From: Octopus vulgaris
Lineage: Eukaryota
Assembly: GCA_951406725.2 (NCBI GenBank)
Contig: OX597831.1
Coordinates: 4,030,001-4,094,000, forward strand
DNA length: 64,000 bases
Reading direction: 5' to 3'
The notes beneath the pieces are model-generated. The model had not been told where the DNA came from. It did no database searches and saw nothing but the letters and a program-made list of their open reading frames with translations. The translations under genes were made by a program, and so were the position numbers. Positions 52,741 to 64,000 of this stretch are shown here, one piece after another. The stretch's first letter is position 1, and every line of letters begins with the position of its first letter.

Positions 52741-53847
52741 CATCGTGGGTTCACGCAACAGACGTGAGCATATAAAATAGCCTTGAAATAACACACTACA
52801 ATCATATTACGTGTGTGCTAACCTGAGTGAAAATGTATCCTTGTTTTAAAGCCTTTTGTGCATTTATATCACGCAGAGTATATCCCAGAGACAATAGTCT
52901 ACATCAAACATATTTTAAAAAAAACATATATTTCTTGGTAGTCTGATTCAGTTCGTTGTTTTTGTGCATACAAAAGATCACTTGTAAATGTCCTTTTATT
53001 ATTCAATTCAAATTCAAATTTGAAACGATGGAAATCAAAATTAATACAATTTATGGGTATAATGCAATTCAGAATAATTAAGAATTACCGTCGATACTTT
53101 TCCCATTACTATGGATAAGAACGGAGAAATGTTTGGAAAAGTTTCGTTTTTGTTCAATTCAAATTCAAATTTTAGCACTTACTGTACAACATAGATCCAA
53201 TCGATGCAGAGTTAGTATCGAATACTTTCGTTCGGTAAATATACTACAGTGTGGAAACAATCGTCTGATTGTGTAGTTTTTAGCAGACGACACAGTGACT
53301 GCATTAACAAAAGAGAAGTCTTGAATAAAAATGAAATCCATTGTGTTGATTTCTTCAACAGTAGTATCAGCACACACGCACTCAATTACTCACACACTCA
53401 AAAACTCACACACATATTCAGAAACGCACACACACACACATATGTGTGTACTTAGATGGATGTCACCCAACTCCGTTCTCTCTCACTCTCTCTCTCTGTC
53501 TCTCTCTCTCTCTTCACATACCACCATACGGCGATTTTCTCAATTATTTTTAATTGTATACATCATCGGCAGGCATTCTTGCTATACTACGTTGGTGGAA
53601 CATTTTGAGAATTGATTTGTTCCTTGCCAGATGTTTCATGAACGCGATTAATCAACGAACTTTACCAATCCTCTCAAAAATATGACGTAAAACATGGCTT
53701 AACTTCAACGTTTAGTTATTTCAAAAACATGCAAATTTAAGTCATATAAGATATAGTTATGCGACTCACCCCCATTCCCTAAAATTATTTACTTTGTACC
53801 AAAATTTGAAGCCATTATTATTACTTTTATCTGAACACCAGTTAAAG

Positions 53848-56425
53848 GGGTGAGCTGGCAGAATCGTTAACACGCTGGACGAAATGCTTAACAGTATTTC
53901 GTCTGCTGTTACGTTCCGAGTTCAAATTCCGCCGAGATCGACTTTGCCTTTCATCCTTTCGGGGTCGATTAAATAAGTACCAGTTACGCACTGGGGTCGA
54001 TATAATCGACTTAATCCGTTTACCTGTCCTTGTTTGTCCCTTCTGTGTTTAGCCTCTTGTAATTAATAAAGAAATAGGTATTTCGTCTGCCGCTACGTTC
54101 TGAGTTCAAATTCCGCCGAGGTGGACTTTGCCTTTCATCTTTTCGGGGTCAATATATTAAGTACTAGTTACGCACTGGGGTCGATGTAATCGACTTAATC
54201 CGTTTGTCTGTCCTTGTTTGTCCCATCTGTGTGTAGCCTCTTGTGGGCAATAAAGAAATAAGAATCGTTAGCACGCCGTAAAGAATGCATCCTGGCATTT
54301 CGCTGAGTTCAAATTTCACCGAGGTTGACTTAGCTTTAATCTTTTCGAGATCGATGAAATAAGTACCAGTTGAGTAGTGGGATCAATGTAATCGGCTAGC
54401 CTTCTTCTCCCAAATCTCAGGCCTTTTGCCTATAATAGAATGAATTATCTTAATACGATTTAAAGCAGCGAGCTGACAGAATCGTCAGCATGACGGAGAA
54501 AATGCTTTGTGACATTTCGTCCGGTTTTACTTTCTGGATTCAAAATCCCGCTGAGGTTGACGTTGTCTCTCATTTGATCGGGGTCGATGAAATAAGTACC
54601 TGATGAGCATTGGGGTCAACTGATTGGGTTCAGTAGACTGCAGCTACTCCAACATCTCATCTGTGTGTGCAGATACAAATTATGTAAAAGCAATTTATAC
54701 AGGGACAAGTCGTGAACAGCTGATCGGAGGACACCAAAACCCAAACAGCATAGGGATCAGACGCAGCGATAACAAGCCTTTTCGTTTAGGGTGTGCTCAA
54801 ATGTTACTGTAAATAATTTATTTCTAAATTTGGCACAAGGCCAGCAATTTTCAGAGGAAGTCAATTATATCGACCTCAGGTGGCGAGTTGGCAGAAACGT
54901 TAGCACGCCGGGCGAAATGCGTAGCCGTATTTCGTCTGCCGTTACGTTCTGGGTTCAAATTCCGCCGAGGTCGACTTTGCCTTTCATCCTTTAGGGGTCG
55001 ATAAATCAAGTACCAGTTACGCACTGGGGTCGATGTAATCGACTTAATCCCTTTGTCTATCCTTGTTTGTCCCCTCTATATTTAGCCCATTGTGCTTAGC
55101 CCCTTGTGGGTAGTAAAGAAATATATATCGACCCCAGGGCTCAACTGGCACCTATTTTATCGATTACGAAAGGGTGGGAGGCAAAGTAGGTCTCGGCAGA
55201 ATTTGAACTCAGAGTGTAACGAGCCGAAAGAAATGCCGCTAACCATTTTATCCGGCGCGGTAATGATTTTAGCAGCTCATCACCTTAATGTCACAGTGAT
55301 TAATCCTTTCTACTATAGACACAATACCTTAAATTTTCGGAGAGGAAGCTAGTCGACCATATCGACCCCAGTGCTCAGCTGGTACTCATTTCCTTGTCAC
55401 GGAAAAGATAAAAATAAAGTCGACCTCGTCGGAATTTGAACTGAGGGCCGGACGAAATGCTGTTAAGGATTTAGTCTGGCGTGCTAGCAATTTTATCAAT
55501 TCGCCACCTTAATGTCACAGTAAATTATACAATGCTCTTCTACGAACACCAATGCAAATTATTATTTTCAGAATGATGGCGAGCTTCGACATTAAGCATC
55601 TCCGAGAATGGACGACCAGACGACACGTTTTCATACATTTCTACTCACATTAAATTTTCTTGCACGTGAAAAATTTGCATGATTTCATTGTTCCGCATTT
55701 CTCTCGAGTGTGTGATTTTATGGAAGAGGTAAGATCATCTTTATGGTTTTCTCAATTGCTATTTTGACTCTTCAGTTCAAATTACAAAGCTATAAATAAT
55801 AGTATGTATATACTGGGTTGAAAAATCCTTTTAGATGGAGAAAGTCGAAGGCAGCCCGTGGGGCAGAACCCGCATCTCTTGAAGAAACTAAAAGCATTTT
55901 ACTATGGGCAGCCTTCGACTTTTTCAATTTGAAAGAGTTTTCAATCCAAAATCTACATTCTATCCTTAATCATAGCTTTAAGTCGGCGATCTGGCAGAAT
56001 CGTTAGCACGCCGGGAAAATGCTTAGTAGCATTTCGTCCGTCTTTATGTTCTGAGTTCAAATTCTGCCGAGGTCGACTTTGCCTTTCATCCTTTCGGAGT
56101 CAATAAAATGAGTACCAGTGAAACCCTGGGGTCGAGGTAATCGACTAAGCCCCTCCCCACAATTTTCAGGCCTTGTGCCTTCATTAGAAAGGATTATTCA
56201 TAGCTTTAAGGCGGCGAGCTGGCACAATCATTAACACGCCTGGAAAAATGATTTGAAGCATTTCGTCCGTCTTTACGTTCTGAGCTCAAATTCCGCCGAG
56301 GTTGACTTTGCCTTTCATCCTTTCAGGGTCGATAAAATAAGTATCTGTAGAGTACTAGGGTTGATTTAATCGTCTTATCCACTACCCCGAGCTTGCTGGC
56401 CTTGTGCCAAGTCTGGAAACGACTA
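53848..56425. mobile_element. Cluster of about nine nested or tandem family B SINEs on both strands
   Basis: Repeated gagttcaaattccgccgagg..gcctttcatcctttcggggtcgat and its reverse complement. Confidence 0.85.
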
Positions 56426-57199
56426 TTAATCATGGCTTTATGCGTACTTCAAAACCTACATTTCGAAAAAAAATTACTTCACGTTCTCTCGAGAGTTTAC
56501 AAATTCTTATGACGTCATCAAATTATAAAACTGTTTTTTTGGACAAATCCTTCTTGAAACAGACAATACTTATAGAATTAAAATGAATTTCCCGATAAGA
56601 TCAAGTCTACCAGAGAATTTATTGCATAATTTATTTTTTTTTAAACTAATAACGACTAATATTTTAGTTTTCTTTACGTAATGTTTTCTTTTATTTTCTT
56701 TAAGTATTGTATCTAACTAGAATTAAAATATTTTCTACGATGTTTGCATTTAAATGTCTCTATACTCCATTATAATATTTTCTAATTGTTAATTATTCAA
56801 AAATATTCTAATTTACTGATATCTCTTCTTATACTTTCTTCCCACTTCTGCTTTTAAGATAAAAGATGGATTTTCAAATTATTGTACCCGTGAAATCAGT
56901 AACTTAAAAATACACATAAATTTATTTTCATATCTTTCTTTCATTCTCAGTCTTTTTATTTTTTCTCATTTTTCTTTCTTTCTTTCTTTCCCACTATCTC
57001 TTTGCCTGCCTGAGTCTGTCTCTCTCTCTTCCCTTCTCTTTCTTGATAGATGTATGCAAATAAGCAACACACAAAAATCCTTGTGTATTTTATAGATATC
57101 TGTGGTTATGAATGTGCGTGTACGTGCTCGCGTGTGTGTACGTGAGTATGTTTCTTACTTCAGAATATTTGACCTTGTGGCAAACATTACGGATATCGA

Positions 57200-58800
57200 A
57201 AATGAAGGTGAGTAGGGCAGAAAGCGGGATGAAACGAAAATGCAAAACAGAAACGATCATTTGATTTTGTGAAGTCATTTCTTGAGCAGCTTAATCTTTC
57301 ACTATTATTAACTAAAGAAGTGTCTTTCAAACACTCAATGCTAAAACCTTGAATATCAAAAATAGAAAAACAAAACATAGCCTATAGCATGTTCGATCCA
57401 GTATCATGATTTCGGGATCTTCCGTTTGATATTTAAAACAATGCTTACTTTGTGTTTGAAATAATTTTCAAATTAGTAAAAGTCCATTGAAACCTTTTAG
57501 AAAATGGTGGAATCGTTAACAAAGCGCTTCAAGCTTAAATTACATTAGAAAAACCAAAATGGCGAGGCTTTTCTCCACAGAATTCTCCTTCGCATAAAAG
57601 TTTAGCTACATAAAACCTTACATTACATGGTGACAAGGAATCTTATGGACAGGAAAAGCAAAGCTATTTTGGAAAATTTGGGCGGTTACTAAAATTGTTG
57701 GCAAACTTTGATCTCGTCATGAAAGTGTTTCTCAATAATGAGGACAAGAACACGGGAAGAATTTATTTCTGTCCATTAGTGCGAAATGAATAAATTCACT
57801 TGGCGGCTTCTGCTGTTCACCACAAATTGCTATATAACATTCATTCATACGACGAAATATTGTGGTTTCGTGTTTGATTCTATTCAAGATCAAGCAAGCC
57901 GAGAACAAATGACAGAAACACTTCGTTATATTCACGTTAATTTTTAAGGAGAAATCAATTTTTTTTATAAAAGAATATTTTTCTAGAATTTATCCAATTA
58001 AAACAAAAGGATGCTGAATATATGATGGCGGTAATTTGGGATCAACTTGTAAAGGACGAAACGCCATTAGAAGACGATCTCAATGCCGTAGTTATTATGG
58101 CTGGTTATTAAAATGGTGTTGAATGGAGAATTAATAAAGAAAGAAAACCCTGATATTTGGTTGAGATACCCGCTGCTAACCATAATGGTAACATTTTCAG
58201 CATCATACAATCCATTTATTCGTTGTTTTCCTGCTCGATACGCCATTGGCAAAAGTTGAAAGATGTCATAGCATTAGTTATTAAATTTGAAACTCGATGG
58301 AATCGCATAACTGTAAAACCAGTTCACAAATATTTTGGTATCAGAGTGAACATTTTGCAAAGCCTGTTTTATCGTCAAAATTAAACTGTATGTAAAAGAG
58401 CAGATAAGGTAGGTACTGATTCAAATGTTATCTTTAGCTTTCAATTTCTTGGTTTTGCTTCGATTTTCGAATATATTCATTACTTGGATTCACCGTATTC
58501 CAAAGTGATTCTAGGGTTCTTTCATAAATTTATATAATGCTTCTTTATGTTTATTTTTTAGGCAACTGAGGACTATTGACCGGTGAATCACTTGGAATTC
58601 GGCTGAAATTAAGCAATGAGTAAGGATTATCCCAACAGGAAGGTACTCAGAAAAACGAAATACATGATAAACAATCCAGGAATTTAGAGGTTACTGCTAA
58701 TGACCGAAAGAAACTATTGATTGTCATCATGAAGAAATGAAAGAAATACTTGCTGACGTCGTTTAGAGTTTCCAAATTAAATTTCTCTGGCGAACTTAAT
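57200..58800 (+). pseudogene. Decayed hAT transposase (Tip100/ZMYM1-like)
   Basis: Ordered motifs LHGDKESYG, LLKLLANFDLVMK, KYCGFVFDSIQDQASREQMTETLRYI, IKEYFLEFIQLKQKDAE, MAGY*NGV and FSIIQSIYSLFSCSIRHWQKLK..ETRW..VKPVHKY. Many stops and indels; boundaries approximate. Confidence 0.8.
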
Positions 58801-58979
58801 AGAACTGGTGGGGCAAAAAAATATATACAGAACACTCAGTAGAGTGTTTTTCATTAGGAAGGACATCCAGCCACAGAAACCATGCCAGATTAGACAATGG
58901 AGCTTCCTGTGGTGGATCCTGTAAAACAGTTCAACTTATGCCAGCAGGGAGAACAGATGTTGAATGATGATGATGATGG

Positions 58980-60196
58980 ACTCAAAATTTGGCACAAGGC
59001 CAGCTATTTCGGGGGAGGGGGGGTTAGTCGATTGTATCGACCCCATTGATCAAGCGATAGTTATTTTATCATCCTCGAAAGGATGAAAGGCAAATTTGAC
59101 CCCGAAGGGTTTTGAACTCAGAACGTAAAGACGAACAAAATACCGATGAGCATTTTACCTGGAGTGCTAACGATTCTGCCAGTTCACTGCTTTAAGGACG
59201 AACCTAATAATGATTTCAAATTTTGGCACAAGGCCAGTATTTTCGAGTGAGGGCGTAAGTCAATTACATACACTCCAGTGCTCAGTTGATACTTACTTTA
59301 TCGACCCCGATGAATGAAAAGGTAAGTCGATGTCGGCGGAATTTGAACTCCGAGCGTATGGATTAAGGACGAATTTAATAGTCATTACTACCAGAGGTAT
59401 AAGGCTTGAAATCTTGGAGAGTTGGGGTTAGGCGACTATATCGACTCCAGTGTTCAACTGGTACTTATTTTATTGACCCTAAAAGGGTGAAAGGCAAAGT
59501 CAACCATGGCGAAATTTGAACTTAGAACGTAAAAACGGTCGAAGGATGAATTTAGTGGTTTCAAATTTTGACACAAGGCCACCAATTTCGGTGCGGTGGG
59601 GGATAAACCGATAAAATCGTTCCAAGTGTTCAACTGGTACTTATTTTATTGACCCCACAAGGATGAAAGGCAAAGTCAACCATGGCGGAATTTGAACTTA
59701 GATCGTAAAAACGGTCGAAGGATGAATTTAATGGTTTCAAATTTTGACACAAGGCCACCAATTTCAGTGCGGTGGGGGATAAACCGATAAAATCGACCCA
59801 AGTGTTCAACAGGTACTTATTTTATAGATTCCGAAGGATGAAAGGAAAAGCCTGCTCCGGGGAGTTAGAACTCAGAACGTACTGACGGATGAAATGCCGC
59901 TAAGCATTTTGTCCGGCATGATAGCAATTCTCCCAGCTTGCCACCGTGAAGGATGAATTTAATAATGACTTCGAATTTTGGGACAAAGCCAGCAATTTCG
60001 GGAGGGGTGCCAAGTTGATTACATCGACCCCAGTATTCAGTTGGTAAACATTTTATCGACCCTGAAAGTATGAAAGGCGATGTCAATGTCGATGAAGTTT
60101 GAACTCAGAATGTAAACACGGACGAAATGACGCTAAGCATTTAGTCCGACGTGCTAACGATTCTACCAGCTTACTACCTTATTGGATGAATTTAAT
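58980..60196 (-). repeat. Head-to-tail array of six family B SINEs separated by a recurring 14-bp motif
   Basis: AGGAYGAAYYTART at 59195, 59366, 59543, 59719 and 59950, and GGATGAATTTAAT at 60184. Confidence 0.85.
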
Positions 60197-60754
60197 ATTG
60201 AACAACATTATTAATTAGAAATAACCATGAATCGATCCCAAATATTCTACTTTTTTTTCTTCTGTTTTCGCAAGTTCTGCAACAAATAACAATAGGCATA
60301 GAATTTGGAGAAAAAAATTGTGATGTGAAATGTTTTGTAAATAGTTTCATTTATACTTTCATTTCCTGCAATTTCATTTTCGTGTGAACTGGTTTTTTTA
60401 GAGAAATGATTTCTTAAAAGGAGAAATGAAAGAAACAGTTTTTCGTTCGAATGAATAAAGTGTGAACCCCTTTTGATATATTTCAACTTAGAGATAATTG
60501 TTTAGAGATTTCAGGAAGAATCTCTTTTAAAAATTTTATCATTTTGCTGAAGTACTAGAAAAATATACTTCCAAAAATTAAAAGTGCTTGAATGCTGTGA
60601 ATATATTGTAATATTGAAATAATCAATAAAGAAATGTAAGAATATGGAATTAAACATTTATTTTATCACAGATAACAACATAAAGCAAAGCTGCAATTCT
60701 CGTAATAAAAGTATGCAATTTCATTCGTCTTATGCGGTGGCTTACTGATATACT

Positions 60755-61660
60755 TTCTATGATAGGTACAAGGCCTGAAATTTTGCGGGTATGGGGAAGT
60801 CGATTATATCTACTATAGTGCTCAATTGGTAATTATTTCATCGAGCCCGAAGGGACGAAAGACAAAGTCGATCTCGGTGGAATTCGAGCTCAGAACGTAA
60901 AGACGGGTCATATGCCGCTAGGTACTTTGTCCGATGCGCTAACGATTCTGCCAGCTCGCGGCCTTTTCTGGGTTCCTAATATATTATTCTACATTAGGCG
61001 GCGAGCTGGCAGAAACGCTAGCACGCCGGGCGAAATGCTTAGCAGTATTTCGTCTGCCGTTACGTTCTGAGTTCAAATTCCGCCGAGGTCGACTTTGCTT
61101 TCATCCTTTCGGGGTCGATAAATTAAGTACCAGTAAAGCATTGGAGTCGATATAATCGACTTAATCCGTTTGTCTATCCTTGTTTGTCCCCTCTGTGTTT
61201 AGCCCCTTTGTGGGTAGTAAAGAAATACGTATTTCGTCTGCCATTACGTTCTGAGTTCAAATTCCGCCGAGGTCGACTTTGCCTTTCATCCCATCAGGGT
61301 CGATAAATAAAGTACCAGTTATAAAGTACCAGAAAATAAAGCACTATGGTCGATTTAATCGACTTAATCCCGTTGTCTGTCCTTGTTTGTCCCCTCTATG
61401 TCTAGCCCCTTGTGGGCAATAAAGAAATATACATATAAGACAGCGAGGTTGCAGAACCGTTAGTACGTCGGGCAAAATGCTTAGCAGCATTTCGTCTGTC
61501 TTCACGTTCTGGGTTCAAATGCCACCGGAGTTAACTTTTCCTCTCGTCCTCTCGGGGTCGATAAAATAAGTACCAGTTGAGCATTGGGGTCGATTTAATC
61601 GACCCATTCCTCCGAAATTACTGGCTTTGTACCAAAATTTGAAACGAATATAATATTCTA
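60755..61660. mobile_element. Cluster of family B SINEs (one minus, then nested plus copies)
   Basis: Family B consensus. aatata.tattctacat direct repeats at ~60978 and ~61647. Confidence 0.85.
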
Positions 61661-62371
61661 CATACGCATTTGCCAGGTTCAGAATATATTTTGTCCTTTT
61701 TGCAAAGTTGATAGCGTTGGCAGCCCTATGTGTGTCACATCACAGAGTTAGGGTCTACTTAAACTATACGTGTGTATTAGTCCTGTCTGTCCGTGCTGAG
61801 TGAGGGGGATAGGGATTTACGTGGTCCTTGTAGTAGTCTTCAGGGATTGTCTGGGTGGCTACAGATGTTTTTTTTTAATGTTCTGACGATAACTGTAGGG
61901 TTTAAACATGTCACAGCAACAGAGTCTACCCTCCCAATGTACAAATGGTATTTTATGCTTGTGCAACCCTATTTTTGTAGCCGTGGTGTTTAAACACACA
62001 AATTATTATTATTATTATTATTATATATTTTTTGGGAGGGCTAGGCATATCTTGATTATAATATCTTTCATATCTAGCATAAATATAGGAATACTTTTAT
62101 AAGCAAAAATAGGATAAGCAAAAATAAGATATGTATCTTAGTCATGCGTGTCCTTGTTGAGTGAGGGAGATATGGATTTATTTGGTTTTTGTAGTAGTAT
62201 TCAGGGACTATCTGGTTAGTTAGAAACGTTTTCTAATGCAATGTTATTACTAGTGGCGAGTCTGGACTTCGTAAACTATCTATTCACTGTGTTTTGTCAT
62301 GGAGAAAATTTCTCGCTGTAGACAAATGGTGTAGATACACCTAAATCAGCTTACAGCGCTACCTATCCAGA

Positions 62372-62419
62372 CTGTGAGATGCAAGCATTTCGGAGTAGTT
62401 ATCTCCTCCTCAGTCACAG
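62372..62419 (-). ncRNA. Type I hammerhead ribozyme, canonical core
   Basis: Minus strand reads ctgtga CTGAGGA ggag ataacta ctcc GAAA tgcttgca TC tcacag. Confidence 0.85.
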
Positions 62420-62594
62420 AAACCGGGTGGTGGTGTTGCGAGCTGATAAAAGAGACAATCTCTCTTATGTTATTCTAGTCGCCGTACATCGGCTGGTAGT
62501 GTTAATCGGCGGCTGACCGTGATTAAATTACGAGGTAGGAGCACTAAGCATTGATGTGTGTTCTAATATTCTGATAGTAACAATCGGTGTTTAA

Positions 62595-62799
62595 CCCTTT
62601 AGTGTTCAGATTACTCTGTTAAATGTAATACTTTTTCACTTAAATTGTTTTGAATTACTCATGCACTATCTTATAGCTTTGAGGTTTCAGTGATGTGAGT
62701 GTTTATTTGTAGAATGCCAATGTAGGTTAGGTGTAGGAGGCTAGACATAAAACATGTAGAATATTTGGGGCAGATATAGCCGGTTTAAACACTAAAGGT
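62595..62799. mobile_element. piggyBac-type MITE
   Basis: TTAA|ccctttagtgtt ... aacactaaaggt|TTAA. The paralogous empty site reads gggtttaaacatgtcac at ~61898. Confidence 0.8.
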
Positions 62800-63247
62800 T
62801 TAAACATGTCACAACAACAAAGTGTCCCTTTTCAATGTCCAAATGATTTTTATGTTTGTGCTACTCTATTTTTGCTTATAAAAGTACTTCTATATGTGTG
62901 TTAAGCATGAAAGGAAGTATAACCAATACTATGCCCAAGCCACACAACCACCAAAAAAATTCTTTTAATCCTGCGACCGTGTACGTATATCTGAAATAAT
63001 GATTGTTTATACTGTTAAATTGTGTATCTTCTGGGTCGTTTTTTAAATATGGTTTGACGATTTTGTATGATAATTTTAAAAACTGTAAGAAACGTACCAA
63101 TGTACAGCTATGACAGCCTAATACTTTCTGGAACTTTGCTTCTAAAATTTCTGTATGCGCTGCTGGAGTATTTTCTGTGAGTGAACAATTTATCCTTCTG
63201 TGACATCCAAGCTGTACTCATCCTGCCTTCTTTCCTGGCACATTATA

Positions 63248-63553
63248 TTTTTATATATAAAATTGAAGTTGTGTGTGTGAGACTCTGTCTCCTCCGATTT
63301 AGATTCCAAACTACTCCCACATTTTGCGGTGCAGTTTAACCAAAAGCGGGTATCTTATAGTCGTCATTCATATCGAGCCCTTCTGGGTATTAGCGCGCGT
63401 CTACGATGAGTCTACGATTTAAAAAAAAATTACCATAATTTTTCCGCATTTTTAATGATCTTTGCTCGGGTTATATAAGGGAAGTAACTCTCTAAAAATG
63501 TTTATATAGTTATTTACCTTACAAACCCGAGCAACGCCGGGCGATACTGCTAG
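63248..63553 (+). mobile_element. Non-autonomous Helitron
   Basis: Reverse complement of the 26797-27195 family. Ends cccgagcaacgccgggcgatactgCTAG|T. Confidence 0.85.
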
Positions 63554-64000
63554 TCTTGTATAAATTTTGTTGTCTTTAAAAACACTAGAATGGTAGATGA
63601 GGAAGATTTGGTTATAATTCTCTACGGAATGAATGCGAGATAAAGTTTCCTTGTCTCGATTTTGCCTTTCCCGTGGTCGACTTCGTCTTTCATTCTTTCG
63701 TGGTCGATAAAATAAAGTACAGGTTGAGCTTTGATGTAATCGACCTCCCATTCCCTCTAAAATGGCTGGCCTTGTGACAAAATTTGGAACCCTTATTGGA
63801 TTGCTGTGGCGTTAATGTGAAATCGGTTCTTTCTTGTACACCATCTGGCGTTTTATTGATTTTATCTTTTGTTTTCGAGTGAGGAATCACCAAGAGTCTT
63901 TATTTTCATCGTCCGACAGGATTAGCACCGCAGCTGTGTGTCATTCCAGCATTTATTTGCCATTTTATATTCGTACTTTTACATTTGTTTTTTACAGAGT

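Noticed and set aside
58980-60196. CRISPR-like array
   Set aside because: The spacers are homologous SINEs of ~170-230 bp, the repeats are only 14 bp, the context is eukaryotic and there are no cas genes.

Overview
AT-rich, microsatellite-saturated eukaryotic DNA. The SINE families and the (TA)n/(TACA)n/(TATC)n/(CAT)n load suggest a cephalopod, probably Octopus (inference). I can support no intact protein-coding gene: almost every ORF in the track is a translated microsatellite or a SINE. The window is intronic or intergenic DNA built from transposon remains. These include three tRNA-derived SINE families, an RT/RNaseH-deleted Gypsy element, CR1, RTE and R4/Dong-like LINE fragments, Helitron fragments, a decayed hAT transposase, and hAT and piggyBac MITEs. 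The main signal is RNA structure that the ORF track does not show. More than a dozen type I hammerhead ribozyme (HHR) motifs occur on both strands, many in short inverted-repeat elements next to (TA)n tracts, the pattern of Penelope-like element (PLE) termini. The 3:8 core pair occurs as C-G, U-A and G-C. The best candidate for a new system is 51397-52362: an inverted, partly tandem array of a highly self-complementary 359-nt monomer carrying a U3-A8 variant HHR, i.e. a candidate retrozyme or viroid-like circular RNA. All ribozyme calls come from pairing by eye and have not been tested for activity.
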